From Patescibacteria group bacterium (GTDB lineage Bacteria > Patescibacteriota > Patescibacteriia > UBA9570), in assembly GCA_041665365.1 (NCBI GenBank), contig JBAYIY010000004.1, positions 8,610-72,609 of the forward strand: a DNA stretch of 64,000 nt, read 5' to 3'. The translations under genes were made by a program, and so were the position numbers. This document shows positions 19,319 to 29,575 of this stretch, piece after piece. The notes beneath the pieces are model-generated. The model was not told the origin of the DNA, made no database searches, and saw only the letters and a program-made list of their open reading frames with translations. Numbering within the stretch: the first letter of the stretch is position 1; every line of letters starts with the position of its first letter.

Positions 19319-19924
19319 TTAGAAGTGAGCGTGCAATAGGCTAGTATTATCAGTCATTTTACCCTGATCGAGTATAATTAAGTGCTGGCTCATGAACTGT
19401 GCCTCTTTAATATCGTGAGTAACGTATATGACAGTAATGTTTTTTTGCGTTATTAGTTGTTTAAACCAGCGCGCCAGCTCTACCCGAGTAATAGCATCAA
19501 GCGCGGCGAAAGGTTCGTCACACAATAATACCGTTGGTTCATAAACTAAACTTCTGGCTAACATTACACGCCTAATTTCACCACCACTAATTTCATGGGG
19601 GTAACGGGTAGTTAATTGTGCGACACCACAATCATTCATAATCTCAGTACTTGATTTTTTTAGGTGTCGAACATGTAAGGGATAATTTATATTTTCTTCG
19701 ACAGTAAGATGTGGAAAGAGGGTATTGTGTTGTTCAATATATCCAAGTCGTTTTGGATGGAAACCTGTTATATTACCAGTATAATCTTGTAAGCCGGCGA
19801 TACAGCGTAATAATGTAGTTTTACCCGAACCGGATTTTCCCAGCACAGTTAAAATATCACCAGTGGGTACAGTAATGTGAATATCTCTAAGGATTAACGC
19901 CTGAGTAATCTGGAGGTTGAGCAT
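19319..19924 (-). CDS. ABC transporter ATP-binding protein (thiamin/Fe3+/polyamine importer type)
   Basis: Walker A 'GKSGSGKTTLLRCIAGL', signature 'ISGGE', Walker B 'LLCDEPFAALD'. The start was chosen at the internal Met (the track ORF starts at 19954). Confidence 0.8.
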   Translation of the reverse strand: MLNLQITQALILRDIHITVPTGDILTVLGKSGSGKTTLLRCIAGLQDYTGNITGFHPKRLGYIEQHNTLFPHLTVEENINYPLHVRHLKKSSTEIMNDCGVAQLTTRYPHEISGGEIRRVMLARSLVYEPTVLLCDEPFAALDAITRVELARWFKQLITQKNITVIYVTHDIKEAQFMSQHLIILDQGKMTDNTSLLHAHF

Positions 19925-21219
19925 ATGGTTATAAAAATTATCCCTAATATACACACAAGCGCTAAACTACCAACTTGAAAATGATAACTAGATAACAAGC
20001 CAAAGGCTACTTGCATGCTAGTTGGAGCATTGTTGGGGGCAAGTAAACTAGCCAAGGCAATATCGCCAAACACAAAGGCGATGCCTAAACTTATCACCTG
20101 GCTAATAGTCGGTTTTAACCAGTTAATTTCTAACAGATATTGTTGTAAGTAATTAGCACCTAATATTTTGGCTGTGTTATGAAAATATTCCGGTAGTTGC
20201 CGATAACTTTGGGCGATGAAATAATTTGTGATCGGTACTAATCCGATTACCAGAGCTAACCAGAGGCTTAATTTACTTTGGCCTAATATCAGTAACCAGA
20301 TAAAACCCAGTGTTACTGGTGATAAGGTTAATAATAAAACACTGATTTTAAAGGAAGATTTTAATAATAGACTGATAAATAAAGTTGTTATAATAACAGA
20401 ACTGGCTAACATTGTTGTCCAAAGAATACTTAGAAAAAAATGGCTGTGAGTTAATAAGGTCAGTGTTTTAAGATTGGTTTGACTAATTGTTTTAAAAACA
20501 AAGAATGCAAGAGGAGTTAGTACTATTATTGCTAAACAGGCATGAATAAAATGAATGAAGAATGAAGAATGATGAATGATGGTGGGGGGCGTAAAAGATA
20601 GTTGGGGTTTAAGATTGGGACGAATTATTAATAAAATAACCAGACTGAAAATCACAGTCTGCAAGCCGGTGATCCAACCAACTAGGTTATAATCATGATA
20701 GAGGATAATGCGTTGATACAGCCACACTTCGAGAGTTTGGGCATGGATACCACCTAGTTGTAAGGGTAGTGCAAAACTAGTGATACAGTACAAAAAGATG
20801 ATACCGGCTACACCTAGGATAGTTGGTTTGAGTTGTGGCCACCACAGGGTAAGAAACAGTTGTTTATTGTTCGCTCCTAACACCCGAGCCGACTCTTCGG
20901 TATGAAATGAGATAGCCTGCAAAGCAGAATGAATCGCAAGATAAGCCAGAGGGATATTGTAGTAGAGGTGGGCCAGTACCACCATGGTTGGTGTATAGAG
21001 CAGTGACGAGCCCGAAAAGAGCTGAATAAAACTGGTACTCACTAGGATAGGGGGAAGAAAAACAGGTAGATAGAAAATAGGAAATAGGAAAGTTGGGGGA
21101 TGGGCACGAGTAGCACGCTCAAACAGGGCTAGACTACCACCTAGAAAAATTGCCAATAGGGTAGTTAAACTAGCTTGCCAGAGAGTAAACCAAATTACAG
21201 ACCAAAGCTGGTATGCCAT
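19894..21219 (-). CDS. ABC transporter permease (polytopic)
   Basis: At least ten hydrophobic helices. Sits in an operon with the ATPase and the binding protein. Confidence 0.7.
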   Translation of the reverse strand: MAYQLWSVIWFTLWQASLTTLLAIFLGGSLALFERATRAHPPTFLFPIFYLPVFLPPILVSTSFIQLFSGSSLLYTPTMVVLAHLYYNIPLAYLAIHSALQAISFHTEESARVLGANNKQLFLTLWWPQLKPTILGVAGIIFLYCITSFALPLQLGGIHAQTLEVWLYQRIILYHDYNLVGWITGLQTVIFSLVILLIIRPNLKPQLSFTPPTIIHHSSFFIHFIHACLAIIVLTPLAFFVFKTISQTNLKTLTLLTHSHFFLSILWTTMLASSVIITTLFISLLLKSSFKISVLLLTLSPVTLGFIWLLILGQSKLSLWLALVIGLVPITNYFIAQSYRQLPEYFHNTAKILGANYLQQYLLEINWLKPTISQVISLGIAFVFGDIALASLLAPNNAPTSMQVAFGLLSSYHFQVGSLALVCILGIIFITICSTSRLLRR

Positions 21220-22232
21220 TGTTCTAGGTAAGGTGTGTAATTATTTTGTATAGTAATTTCATCAAGTGGTAAGCTGGTTTTTAAATTCGGTGTGATAATT
21301 TGTGAATAGGCATCAGGCAGTGTTACCTCATTTTTCAAAACAGGGAACATCCATTGGGTAGTAGGGATAGCTTGTTGGACAGGTTGACTCAACATGTAAT
21401 CAATAAACTGTTGTCCTAGAGTTGTGGCTGCACTACCATGCACCAAGCCGACACCTTCAACTTGTGGTAAATAACCATCTGTTATGGGAATTGTTTTGTA
21501 ACGGTCGGTTTGTTCTTGATCAATGTGGTACGCCGGACTGGTAACATAACTTAATACAATCGGAGCTTGATCATTTAAAAACATTGAGTAGTAAGCCGTG
21601 TTCCAATCTGGCGCTACTGTTAGAACTTGATTGGATAGTTTATCAAAAAATTCTTTGGCTTGGTCATCGCCTAAAGCCTGATGTGCCCAAAACAATAATT
21701 GTGTACCGGGGGAGGACAAACCGGGTTGTTCGATAATAATTTTTTTATTGTAAGCTGAATTATTTACTAATTCCATCAAGCTAATCGGTTCAGAAAAGGT
21801 TAGTGCCTGACTATCATAGACGAAACTAACATAACCATAATCAAACGGGGTCATAGTAAAATCATTATCAAACCGGAGTCGTTTTGGAATAGCACTAGCT
21901 CTGGTTGGTTTATATGGATCTAGTAGATTATTAGTTTTTAAATCAGGTAGGTTAATGTTATCTAACCCTAACACTACGTCGGCCTTAGGATTATTTTTCT
22001 CCGCGATTAATTGATTTAACATCGCCCCAGTATCAGTAAAACTAACAATATTTAAAGTGATTTGATGATCCTGTTCAAATTGATCTTTAATGGCTGGGAG
22101 TAATCCATAGTCGGCCGATAAGCTGTCGTATGTGTAAACTGTTAATGTAGTCGGTTCGGTGGCCACTGGTGTTGATTTTACACAACCAGTACCAAAAAGA
22201 AATACGGTGAGTAGTATATATATTTTTTTCAC
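21195..22232 (-). CDS. ABC transporter substrate-binding lipoprotein (thiamin/iron/spermidine SBP fold)
   Basis: Lipobox 'LFGTGC'. Size and periplasmic-binding-protein-like composition. The operon order SBP-permease-ATPase fits. Confidence 0.65.
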   Translation of the reverse strand: MKKIYILLTVFLFGTGCVKSTPVATEPTTLTVYTYDSLSADYGLLPAIKDQFEQDHQITLNIVSFTDTGAMLNQLIAEKNNPKADVVLGLDNINLPDLKTNNLLDPYKPTRASAIPKRLRFDNDFTMTPFDYGYVSFVYDSQALTFSEPISLMELVNNSAYNKKIIIEQPGLSSPGTQLLFWAHQALGDDQAKEFFDKLSNQVLTVAPDWNTAYYSMFLNDQAPIVLSYVTSPAYHIDQEQTDRYKTIPITDGYLPQVEGVGLVHGSAATTLGQQFIDYMLSQPVQQAIPTTQWMFPVLKNEVTLPDAYSQIITPNLKTSLPLDEITIQNNYTPYLEQWHTSFGL

Positions 22233-22380
22233 AAAATATGTTTATTAAAAATAAAATTCCCAATTTATAGGGAATACAGCCTGTATTCCCTACGCTGGCA
22301 TAACCCAGATCAGGTAATGTAAGGATACTTCTCAGTCCATAAGGACGCTCCTATACAGTGCTATCATATTACCAGTTGAG

Positions 22381-22394
22381 TTATTTTTGGCAAC
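22381..22394. repeat. Direct repeat / target-site duplication copy 1 (ttatttttggcaac). It duplicates the last 14 nt of fpg.
   Basis: Identical 14-mer at 22517-22530, which encodes the fpg C-terminus ...CQK plus stop on the minus strand. Confidence 0.7.
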
Positions 22395-22516
22395 TCGAGA
22401 GACCTCCCCTCCCCAACCCTCCTCTCCTTCCTCAGGAGAGGAGGGAGTAAGAAAGAAAAGATTTATAAAAAGCTCCCCTCTCCTTCTGAAGGAGAGGGGC
22501 AGGGGGAGAGGTCTGT
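22395..22516. mobile_element. MITE-like 122-bp GC-rich element. It has imperfect terminal inverted repeats (agacctcccctcccc / ggggagaggtct) and two internal 11-bp-stem hairpins. It is inserted exactly at the fpg stop codon and flanked by 14-bp direct repeats.
   Basis: Hairpin 1 is 22417-22445. Hairpin 2 is 22475-22499. Left TIR about 22398-22414. Right TIR about 22500-22515. The 14-bp direct repeats are at 22381-94 and 22517-30. A related copy lies at 15309-15394. Confidence 0.65.
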
Positions 22517-23347
22517 TTATTTTTGGCAACCCGAACAATAACACGTGCCTCGGCCAGCACATCTGGTTTTTTTGATAATCGAACCGCATCTCAAACATGG
22601 TTCGCCCACCCGTTGATAAACTTTACGGTGATTCCAGTAAGAACCTTGTTTACCAGTGACCGAATAAAAATGGCTAAAAGATGTACCGCCAAGTTTGATC
22701 GCTTCTTGCAAAATGGTTCGAGCCGCTACGTGAATGGCTTTACGCTCAGACAGTGTCAAGGTTTTTACGCGCCGCATTGGTTTTACTTTAGCTTGCCAGC
22801 AAATATCATCACTATAAATATTACCAATGCCGCCAATTAATTGTTGGTTTAATAAAACTGCCTTAAGTGATGTGTTACCGTGACTTTTTAATTGTTGATT
22901 AAAGTACGCAAAAGTAAAAGTCGGTTGAATGGGTTCTATTCCTGGACGTTTTTTTATAAAATACTCGGCTAAACCAGTTGGGCTATAAAGCTCTACATAA
23001 CCAAACTTACGCATATCTTGAAAAAATAATTGGGTTTTATCGCTGAACATGAATTGTACTCGGGTATGGTTGTTCGGTAACGGCAGGGGTTCTTTTTTTT
23101 GATAAAGTAACTGCCCGGTCATTTTGAGATGAATGACAAAACTATAACCTGAAGACAGCTTTAAAACCAACCATTTGGCTTTTCTGTCTACAGCAGAGAC
23201 GGTTCTTTTCAGAACATATTTACGTAATTCTACTGGTGTGCCCTTAAACTTTTTGGCTTCATGAACAATAACCTTGGTGATAGTTTTACCAACAATATGT
23301 GTTCGTAAGCCTCGCGCTAATGTTTCAACTTCAGGTAATTCCGGCAT
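22517..23347 (-). CDS. mutM: Formamidopyrimidine-DNA glycosylase (Fpg/MutM; the Nei alternative is not excluded)
   Basis: N-terminal 'MPELPEVE' (catalytic Pro2/Glu3). C-terminal Zn finger 'CLRCGSIIKKTRCAGRGTCYCSGCQK'. Start set at the MPELPEV Met. Confidence 0.85.
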   Translation of the reverse strand: MPELPEVETLARGLRTHIVGKTITKVIVHEAKKFKGTPVELRKYVLKRTVSAVDRKAKWLVLKLSSGYSFVIHLKMTGQLLYQKKEPLPLPNNHTRVQFMFSDKTQLFFQDMRKFGYVELYSPTGLAEYFIKKRPGIEPIQPTFTFAYFNQQLKSHGNTSLKAVLLNQQLIGGIGNIYSDDICWQAKVKPMRRVKTLTLSERKAIHVAARTILQEAIKLGGTSFSHFYSVTGKQGSYWNHRKVYQRVGEPCLRCGSIIKKTRCAGRGTCYCSGCQK

Positions 23348-23395
23348 ATTGGTATTATACAACATTTTACACTTGTGCTACTATAATCTCTGACT

Positions 23396-23737
23396 ATGCC
23401 ACAACCCAAGACAGATAAAATCACCCGCAAAGAGGGTGCACAAAAACCCAGCCGGTCAATTAGTACGGTGCAGTTTATTAATGTTAAAAAGGTCGAAGAA
23501 AAAACCGACTTAATGCGTTTATTAACAAATATTGTTCAGCGCTACACTAAAGATAAAACAGTATTAGTACAAGCTAAAACTACCGTCAACACTATTGAGT
23601 ATAAAGTGTTAAACAGAAAAGTGGCTCTGGCTTTAGCCACCAAAGCGCAAGCGGCTTTTAAACAACATCATCCCACTGTTACAATCCATTCGCCCAACGA
23701 TGATGCCTACTGCCAAATTGTCGTCCAATTTAATTGA
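23396..23737 (+). CDS. Hypothetical small basic protein (113 aa)
   Basis: ORF only. No recognisable motif. Confidence 0.35.
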   Translation: MPQPKTDKITRKEGAQKPSRSISTVQFINVKKVEEKTDLMRLLTNIVQRYTKDKTVLVQAKTTVNTIEYKVLNRKVALALATKAQAAFKQHHPTVTIHSPNDDAYCQIVVQFN

Positions 23738-26504
23738 CGTTCAGTATCAGTTATTAAACCCGGAACAGGTTCGGGCGGTTGATCATGTCGATGGCCCGAT
23801 GTTGGTTTTGGCTGGAGCCGGTACGGGTAAAACTCAGATTATCGCTCTCAGGATAGCCCGTTTGTTGCAAACCCAGGATCTTAAACCCAGTAATATACTG
23901 TGCTTAACCTTCACTGAAAGTGGAGTCCAGGCTATGCGGCAACGTTTAGTTAGCCTACTGGGTTCAATTGGCTATCAAGTGCGAGTGCATACCTTTCATA
24001 GTTTTTGTAACGAAGTGATTATTGATCATCCGGAGTTATTTGTCGCCCAAGCGGCTTTACAACAAATCACCGATTTGGATCATATTACTTTAATTCAGGA
24101 GATCATCGAAACGCTTCCAGCTGATAGTTTATTAAAACCATTCGGCGCACCGGATTTTTATATTTCTGAAATTGTCCACGCCATTCAAACCCTAAAACGT
24201 GAACATGTCTCACCGGATGATTTAGCCAAATTTGAACTAACCGAAAAGCAGCAAGCTTTAGTAGAAGTGTATCGCGCCTATCAGGTAAAATTGCAAGATC
24301 AACAACTCTATGATTATGAAGATATGTTGTTGCACGTTATCGCTGTTTTTAAAAAAGACCCAGATTTGTTAGCTGAGTATAGAGAACAGTATTTGCATTT
24401 ATTAGTGGATGAATATCAAGATACCAATAATGCGCAAAATGAAATTATTAACTTATTGGCAGGGAATGATCCGGCGCCTAATGTATTTGTGGTGGGGGAT
24501 GATAAACAATCGATTTACCGATTTCAAGGCGCGGCCTTAGAAAATATTTTATCGTTCCAACACCGCTATGGCAAAGCCGCTAAATTAATCAGTTTACAGC
24601 AAAATTATCGCAGCCAACAATGGATACTGGATGCCGCCAGTGCCGTGATTGATCACAATGAACAAAGTTTAGCCAAATATATTCCAGAATTAAAATCTCA
24701 CTTAAAGTCGGCGCGTGATTTACCAACTGTTCCACTAGAAATAGCTACGTTAAGCTCGCCCAGTACAGAACTATTTTGGGTTGGGAAACGCATTCAGGCG
24801 CTATTAGCTAACGGTGTGGCTCCGGAAGAAATCGCTGTGTTGTATCGAACTAATAGTGACGGTGAAGCCATCTTAGAAACGCTCAGACAATTAAATATAC
24901 CAGTGCATAGTGTGTCGGGACGAAATATTTTATCCGATCCATTAATTCAACAATTATTGCGGTTATTTCAATATATTTCTTACGGTGATAGCGACGCGAA
25001 TTTATTTAGCTTAGTGCATGCTCGTTGGCTGGGATTACACAATGATAAACTTCTCCAATTAACCGATCCGGTAATTACAGAATTTAAGCAGCGTGTGGTT
25101 CATTGGCGCAGTGCAATGCATAATGATTTGTGTACGGAGTGGTTTACTCAGATAGTGAACGAATCTAGTTGGTTACGCTATGTGCTGCAACACGATCATG
25201 CGATTGAGCATCTAAACCGATTAAGTAGTTTGTATCATGCCGTCGTCAATTTAACACGCCGTGAACCAACTATTACTATTAAGAATGTGTTAGATTATTT
25301 TCAGTTATTACAACACCATGATCTAACTTTAGAAGAAGAACCGTTATCCACTCAGGCCAATGCTGTACAACTTATGACCGCGCATCGAGCCAAAGGGTTA
25401 GAGTTTAAACATGTGTTTATGATTCATTGTCGCGATAAACACTGGGGTAACGTACCGGATCGCAGCAAATTAAAACTACCCGAAGGCATTATTCAATTAA
25501 GCGCTGAGTTGGCCAAGCATGAACGCAATGAAGATGAGCGGCGCTTATTTTATGTGGCCATGACGCGCGCTAAAGAACATTTATATTTAAGTGTGGCTAA
25601 ACAATCCGCTACCGGCCGTGCCCTGATGCCAAGCCAGTTTTTAAATGAATTACCGAGTGATATTGTAAAACCGGCTGATGGTGTAGCCGAGGTTGAAGCT
25701 GAACCGATCGAGCGTTTGCAACTGACTCTTAGCCAGCCTAAAGTTGTTATAGAAACCAATCAAGTTTATCTTAAGAGTTTGCTAGAGAATTATCGAATGA
25801 GTGCCACGCACTTGAATGATTATTTGGAGTGTCCGATCAAGTTTTTGTATCAAGATTTATTACGTGTACCGCAAACCATGTCACGCGCCGTTGGGTTTGG
25901 AGTAGCCATGCATAACACTTTAAAGGAGCTGCCGAGCCAAGCGGATGTGTTTTTAATATTTAAAAGAGAACTTGAAAAACAATTAATGAGTAAAAAAGAT
26001 TTTAAAGATAGTTTAGATTTTGGTGAAAAGTTGCTAGACAAATATTACCCGGTGCATTATGAGTTTTTGCAAAAAAACAAGTTTATGGAGAAAGACTTTA
26101 AACCGTATAATTGTCTGGTCGGGGAAGTGCCCATTGTCGGAAAAATTGATGCGATTCAAGTGGTTGATGAAGCCAGTAAACAAATACATGTGATCGATTA
26201 TAAAACCGGCAATCCGGATAATAAAAGTGCCAATTTGGCCGTGGGTGGATCTTATTACCGTCAATTAGTGTTTTATAAATTACTCTGTGACGCCGCTGGT
26301 GATTTTGGTTATACCCCTGTGTCAGGCGAAATTCACTTTATTCAGCCGAGTAAAAAGAAACAACAATTTGTGCATCGGCGGTATGAGTTTAGTGACGACG
26401 ATGTGAAACAGGTGACCACTGAATTAGTGGAGACTTATCAACACATTCAAAATCTAGAATTCTCAACTGGTTGTAATGACTGCGAATGGTGCAAGTTATT
26501 ATAG
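23700..26504 (+). CDS. UvrD/PcrA-family SF1 helicase fused to a C-terminal PD-(D/E)xK (RecB/Cas4-like) nuclease with a Cys cluster
   Basis: Walker A 'LAGAGTGKTQ'. 'VDEYQDTN' (helicase motif II). C-terminal 'IDAIQV...HVIDYKTG' nuclease motif and a terminal 'CNDCEWC' four-Cys cluster. Confidence 0.8.
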   Translation: MMPTAKLSSNLIDVQYQLLNPEQVRAVDHVDGPMLVLAGAGTGKTQIIALRIARLLQTQDLKPSNILCLTFTESGVQAMRQRLVSLLGSIGYQVRVHTFHSFCNEVIIDHPELFVAQAALQQITDLDHITLIQEIIETLPADSLLKPFGAPDFYISEIVHAIQTLKREHVSPDDLAKFELTEKQQALVEVYRAYQVKLQDQQLYDYEDMLLHVIAVFKKDPDLLAEYREQYLHLLVDEYQDTNNAQNEIINLLAGNDPAPNVFVVGDDKQSIYRFQGAALENILSFQHRYGKAAKLISLQQNYRSQQWILDAASAVIDHNEQSLAKYIPELKSHLKSARDLPTVPLEIATLSSPSTELFWVGKRIQALLANGVAPEEIAVLYRTNSDGEAILETLRQLNIPVHSVSGRNILSDPLIQQLLRLFQYISYGDSDANLFSLVHARWLGLHNDKLLQLTDPVITEFKQRVVHWRSAMHNDLCTEWFTQIVNESSWLRYVLQHDHAIEHLNRLSSLYHAVVNLTRREPTITIKNVLDYFQLLQHHDLTLEEEPLSTQANAVQLMTAHRAKGLEFKHVFMIHCRDKHWGNVPDRSKLKLPEGIIQLSAELAKHERNEDERRLFYVAMTRAKEHLYLSVAKQSATGRALMPSQFLNELPSDIVKPADGVAEVEAEPIERLQLTLSQPKVVIETNQVYLKSLLENYRMSATHLNDYLECPIKFLYQDLLRVPQTMSRAVGFGVAMHNTLKELPSQADVFLIFKRELEKQLMSKKDFKDSLDFGEKLLDKYYPVHYEFLQKNKFMEKDFKPYNCLVGEVPIVGKIDAIQVVDEASKQIHVIDYKTGNPDNKSANLAVGGSYYRQLVFYKLLCDAAGDFGYTPVSGEIHFIQPSKKKQQFVHRRYEFSDDDVKQVTTELVETYQHIQNLEFSTGCNDCEWCKLL

Positions 26505-26557
26505 TGTGCTAATATAAATTTATTAATTAAGTTAATTTTTAATTGGGGAGGACAATT

Positions 26558-27010
26558 ATGAAAAAAATTACAAAAATGCTATTCGTTGTTAGTTCGTTGT
26601 TCGCTGTTACTAGTTGGTTTATGCCAATGTCAGCCTATGCTTTTGTACCGTCTAATTTGGAGGGTCGATACAATGGTGATTGGGAATTGCTTGATGGCGG
26701 GTTGTGCTATACAGCCGGTGCCACGGGCAATATTGTCATTAGAATTGTGGACATGGACGCTAATGGAACAATTAATGATGCGCGAGTAAAATTTTCCGAT
26801 GAAGCGCAAACTCCAGCGGAACTTGGTACGGGTCGTATTTTTATGCGTAACGGAGTACGGCGCATTCGTTTAAATTATGATATTGCCGGTTATGACCGAT
26901 ATATTAAAGGTAGATTAACCAGAACCAGAAAGATTAAAGGTAATTATTATCATGCCGCCTCAGATGATAGTTGCATTTGGTCAGGATCAGTTAGCGCCAG
27001 TCATATCTAA
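26558..27010 (+). CDS. Small secreted hypothetical protein (signal peptide)
   Basis: 'MKKITKMLFVVSSLFAVTSWFMPMSAYA' signal peptide. The rest is unassigned. Confidence 0.45.
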   Translation: MKKITKMLFVVSSLFAVTSWFMPMSAYAFVPSNLEGRYNGDWELLDGGLCYTAGATGNIVIRIVDMDANGTINDARVKFSDEAQTPAELGTGRIFMRNGVRRIRLNYDIAGYDRYIKGRLTRTRKIKGNYYHAASDDSCIWSGSVSASHI

Positions 27011-27778
27011 AAATTGTTTATGAGCAGCCACATCGTGCACCCGTAACCAGGCGGCACCATGTTGGACGGCTATAAAATGGGCTGCCAGCGTACCTGGTAG
27101 CCTGTTTTGTATATCAGCGCCGGTTAATTTACCGATAAATGATTTGCGTGATGCCCCCACCATGACGGGTTTTTTTCCGAACACAGCAATGTTTTTAATC
27201 AATGCCAAATTATGTGAGACAGTTTTTCCAAACCCAATGCCAGGGTCTAAAATAATCTTATCTGGTTTAATACCAGATGCAAGACACAGTTTGATTTGTT
27301 GTTTAAAAAAATTATTTACCTCAAAAACGACATTTTTATAACGTGGGTGTTTTTGCATGGTTTGTGGTTCACCTAGCATGTGCATTATTATCACGGTACA
27401 GTGGTGTTGAGCGGCTAACTGGCGCATGGCCGGATCACGCAGGCCGGTAATATCATTTATCCAGGTAGCACCAGCTTGAATGGCCTGTTTGGCTACCTCT
27501 ACTTTGTAAGTATCAATCGAAATGGGTGTGTTGGTTTTTTTATGTAAAGCCTTAATTGCTGGAATAACCCGGTGTAGTTCTTCTTGCAGTGAGACAGGTT
27601 TAGCACCCGGCCGGCTAGATTCACCGCCAATATCAATCACCGCAGCGCCTTCACGCACGAGTTGCAGAGCATGCTGGACAGCTGCGCGAGTGGTTTTTAA
27701 TTGACCACCATCCGAGAATGAATCCGGTGTGACGTTAACGATACCCATTAAATTAACTCTACTTTTTTTCATACTCAA
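26987..27778 (-). CDS. folP: Dihydropteroate synthase
   Basis: 'MGIVNVTPDSFSDGG' pterin-binding motif and a DHPS TIM-barrel-like sequence. Confidence 0.9.
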   Translation of the reverse strand: MSMKKSRVNLMGIVNVTPDSFSDGGQLKTTRAAVQHALQLVREGAAVIDIGGESSRPGAKPVSLQEELHRVIPAIKALHKKTNTPISIDTYKVEVAKQAIQAGATWINDITGLRDPAMRQLAAQHHCTVIIMHMLGEPQTMQKHPRYKNVVFEVNNFFKQQIKLCLASGIKPDKIILDPGIGFGKTVSHNLALIKNIAVFGKKPVMVGASRKSFIGKLTGADIQNRLPGTLAAHFIAVQHGAAWLRVHDVAAHKQFLDMTGAN

Positions 27779-28484
27779 ACAACTTTATTAATTCTTTAGT
27801 AATCTGACCTGGTTTACCAACCGGTACAATCCCCGTAGATGTTTGGGTGATGAAACATTCCGCACTATGTTGGATATCCTGCCAGGTGATTTTCTTAAAC
27901 ACAACGCGATAACGGTTTTTGCACAAATTCAAAACAACTTGTCTAGTGACACCATACAGAATATCTCGATTGGGAGTAATGATAGTATTATTTTTTATGA
28001 TAAATATATTTGCACAGGCACATTCATTACCCAGATAGGCATCAAAACAGCCTTGTTTTAGAGCTAATTCATGTGCTTGATATTCAAATATTCTGGCTAA
28101 AGATTTTATTTTTGGCACAGCTGGTTGATAGGGATAGTTTAATAATTTCACCCCAGTTTTATATATTTTAGAATCTATTTTTAATTCCTCAGACAACACA
28201 TAAATTCTATTTGGTGCCCCAATTACTTTTATTCTTAATTCTTTATTCTTTATTCTTTCATCAGTATGTTTTGAAATATATTGAGTAATCGTTTTCTGAG
28301 AAGCCATTTTTAACCCAATCACCTTAGCTGATTCTTGTAATCTTTTTAAATGAGCCGATAACTGAAACGGTTTACCACCATAGGTTCTAATCGTTTCAAA
28401 CACACCATAAGCACACATAAACTCAGGTTCTTTCCCAGATAAAGAGATTTTTTTTACAAACTGACCGTTTATGGAAATTTTCAT
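27759..28484 (-). CDS. pabC: Class IV aminotransferase fold, probable aminodeoxychorismate lyase
   Basis: Fold-type IV PLP enzyme size and motifs. Embedded between pabB and folP. Confidence 0.6.
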   Translation of the reverse strand: MKISINGQFVKKISLSGKEPEFMCAYGVFETIRTYGGKPFQLSAHLKRLQESAKVIGLKMASQKTITQYISKHTDERIKNKELRIKVIGAPNRIYVLSEELKIDSKIYKTGVKLLNYPYQPAVPKIKSLARIFEYQAHELALKQGCFDAYLGNECACANIFIIKNNTIITPNRDILYGVTRQVVLNLCKNRYRVVFKKITWQDIQHSAECFITQTSTGIVPVGKPGQITKELIKLFEYEKK

Positions 28485-29575
28485 GGTAATAATAATCTGG
28501 CTTTAGTTAGGGTTTCTTGATACTCTTTGGCTGGAGTAGATGCCAACGTAATACCACCCCCAACGTAATAATGCAATTGATTGTCTCGCAGAGTAGCCGT
28601 GCGAATCGCGATATTAAATTCAGCTTGATTACGCCCGGCGATATAACCCATCGCGCCACAATACACATCGCGGGGTTGAGTTTCTAAATCTTGTAATATT
28701 TCTACCGCCCGTTGTTTAGGCGCCCCCGTCACTGAACCAAATGGTAACATCACTTTTAATACATCGAGTATATTGTAGTGTTTGTCTTTCATACCTTGAA
28801 TCACCGCTTGAGCTTGATAAACCGTTTTGTATTTAATAATTTCCCGTCGTTTTTTTACCACCACACTTCCCGGCAGACACACTCGATTCAAATCATTGCG
28901 GTGCACATCAATAATCATATCCAACTCGGCTTTTTCTTTGGCACTGGAAAGTAGCTGTGATCTTGGTGAAGACACCGACGCAGTTCCTTTCATTGGTTTT
29001 GTCTCCAATAAATTATTATTTAGTCTTATCCCTAATTCCGGAGAGTTACAAACTATTTGGTGATCGGGAGTAGTAATGATAGCCGCATAAGGGGTTGGTT
29101 GATTGTGTAATAAACGGTAAGCAATTTGCTCAAGACTAGCCCGTGTTTTACCAGATAATCTATAGCAGTAATTAGCTTGATAAATATCCCCAATACTTAA
29201 ATGGTGAATAATTTTATTAATGGCTTTTTTATATTGAGAATAATTTGGGTAAGATAGTTTTATCTTAAATGGTGTTGGATTCAACAGGGTCTGTAAAGAT
29301 ACTGGTTTGAAACGATCAAATATTCCAAAATACACTTGATCCTGTTCATAGTTGATAAAGCCAATAACTAGTTGATGTCTAGCCGCACCAGAACAATACC
29401 ATTTTTTTAATTGTAGCCACGAGGTGATTAGACCATGATAACCATCACCTTGATATGCACGTGTCTTATCGATCAAGACAAAGCGATAAGAATTCATGTC
29501 TCGTATTTTGGTTGATTTTAAATAAGCCGCGAAATGATGATGTCGTAACAATGGTGTTTTGTTTTTCCACGCCAC
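28481..29575 (-). CDS. pabB: Aminodeoxychorismate synthase component I (chorismate-binding enzyme; short form)
   Basis: C-terminal chorismate-binding blocks 'GSVTGAPK', 'GAMGYI', 'GGGIT'. The start is uncertain: the track ORF overlaps folE by 110 nt, and the internal Met at 29497 is an alternative. Confidence 0.65.
   Translation of the reverse strand: MAWKNKTPLLRHHHFAAYLKSTKIRDMNSYRFVLIDKTRAYQGDGYHGLITSWLQLKKWYCSGAARHQLVIGFINYEQDQVYFGIFDRFKPVSLQTLLNPTPFKIKLSYPNYSQYKKAINKIIHHLSIGDIYQANYCYRLSGKTRASLEQIAYRLLHNQPTPYAAIITTPDHQIVCNSPELGIRLNNNLLETKPMKGTASVSSPRSQLLSSAKEKAELDMIIDVHRNDLNRVCLPGSVVVKKRREIIKYKTVYQAQAVIQGMKDKHYNILDVLKVMLPFGSVTGAPKQRAVEILQDLETQPRDVYCGAMGYIAGRNQAEFNIAIRTATLRDNQLHYYVGGGITLASTPAKEYQETLTKARLLLP

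Noticed and set aside
28231-28251. Exact 21-mer attcttaattctttattcttt shared with 63882-63902, with a similar ATTCTT-rich run at 20545-20580
   Set aside because: All three are inside coding regions: pabC on the minus strand, the signal peptide of the 63853 gene, and the ABC permease. They consist of ATTCTT/TTCATT low-complexity repeats. This is most likely a coincidence of AT-rich codon usage, not a mobile repeat.
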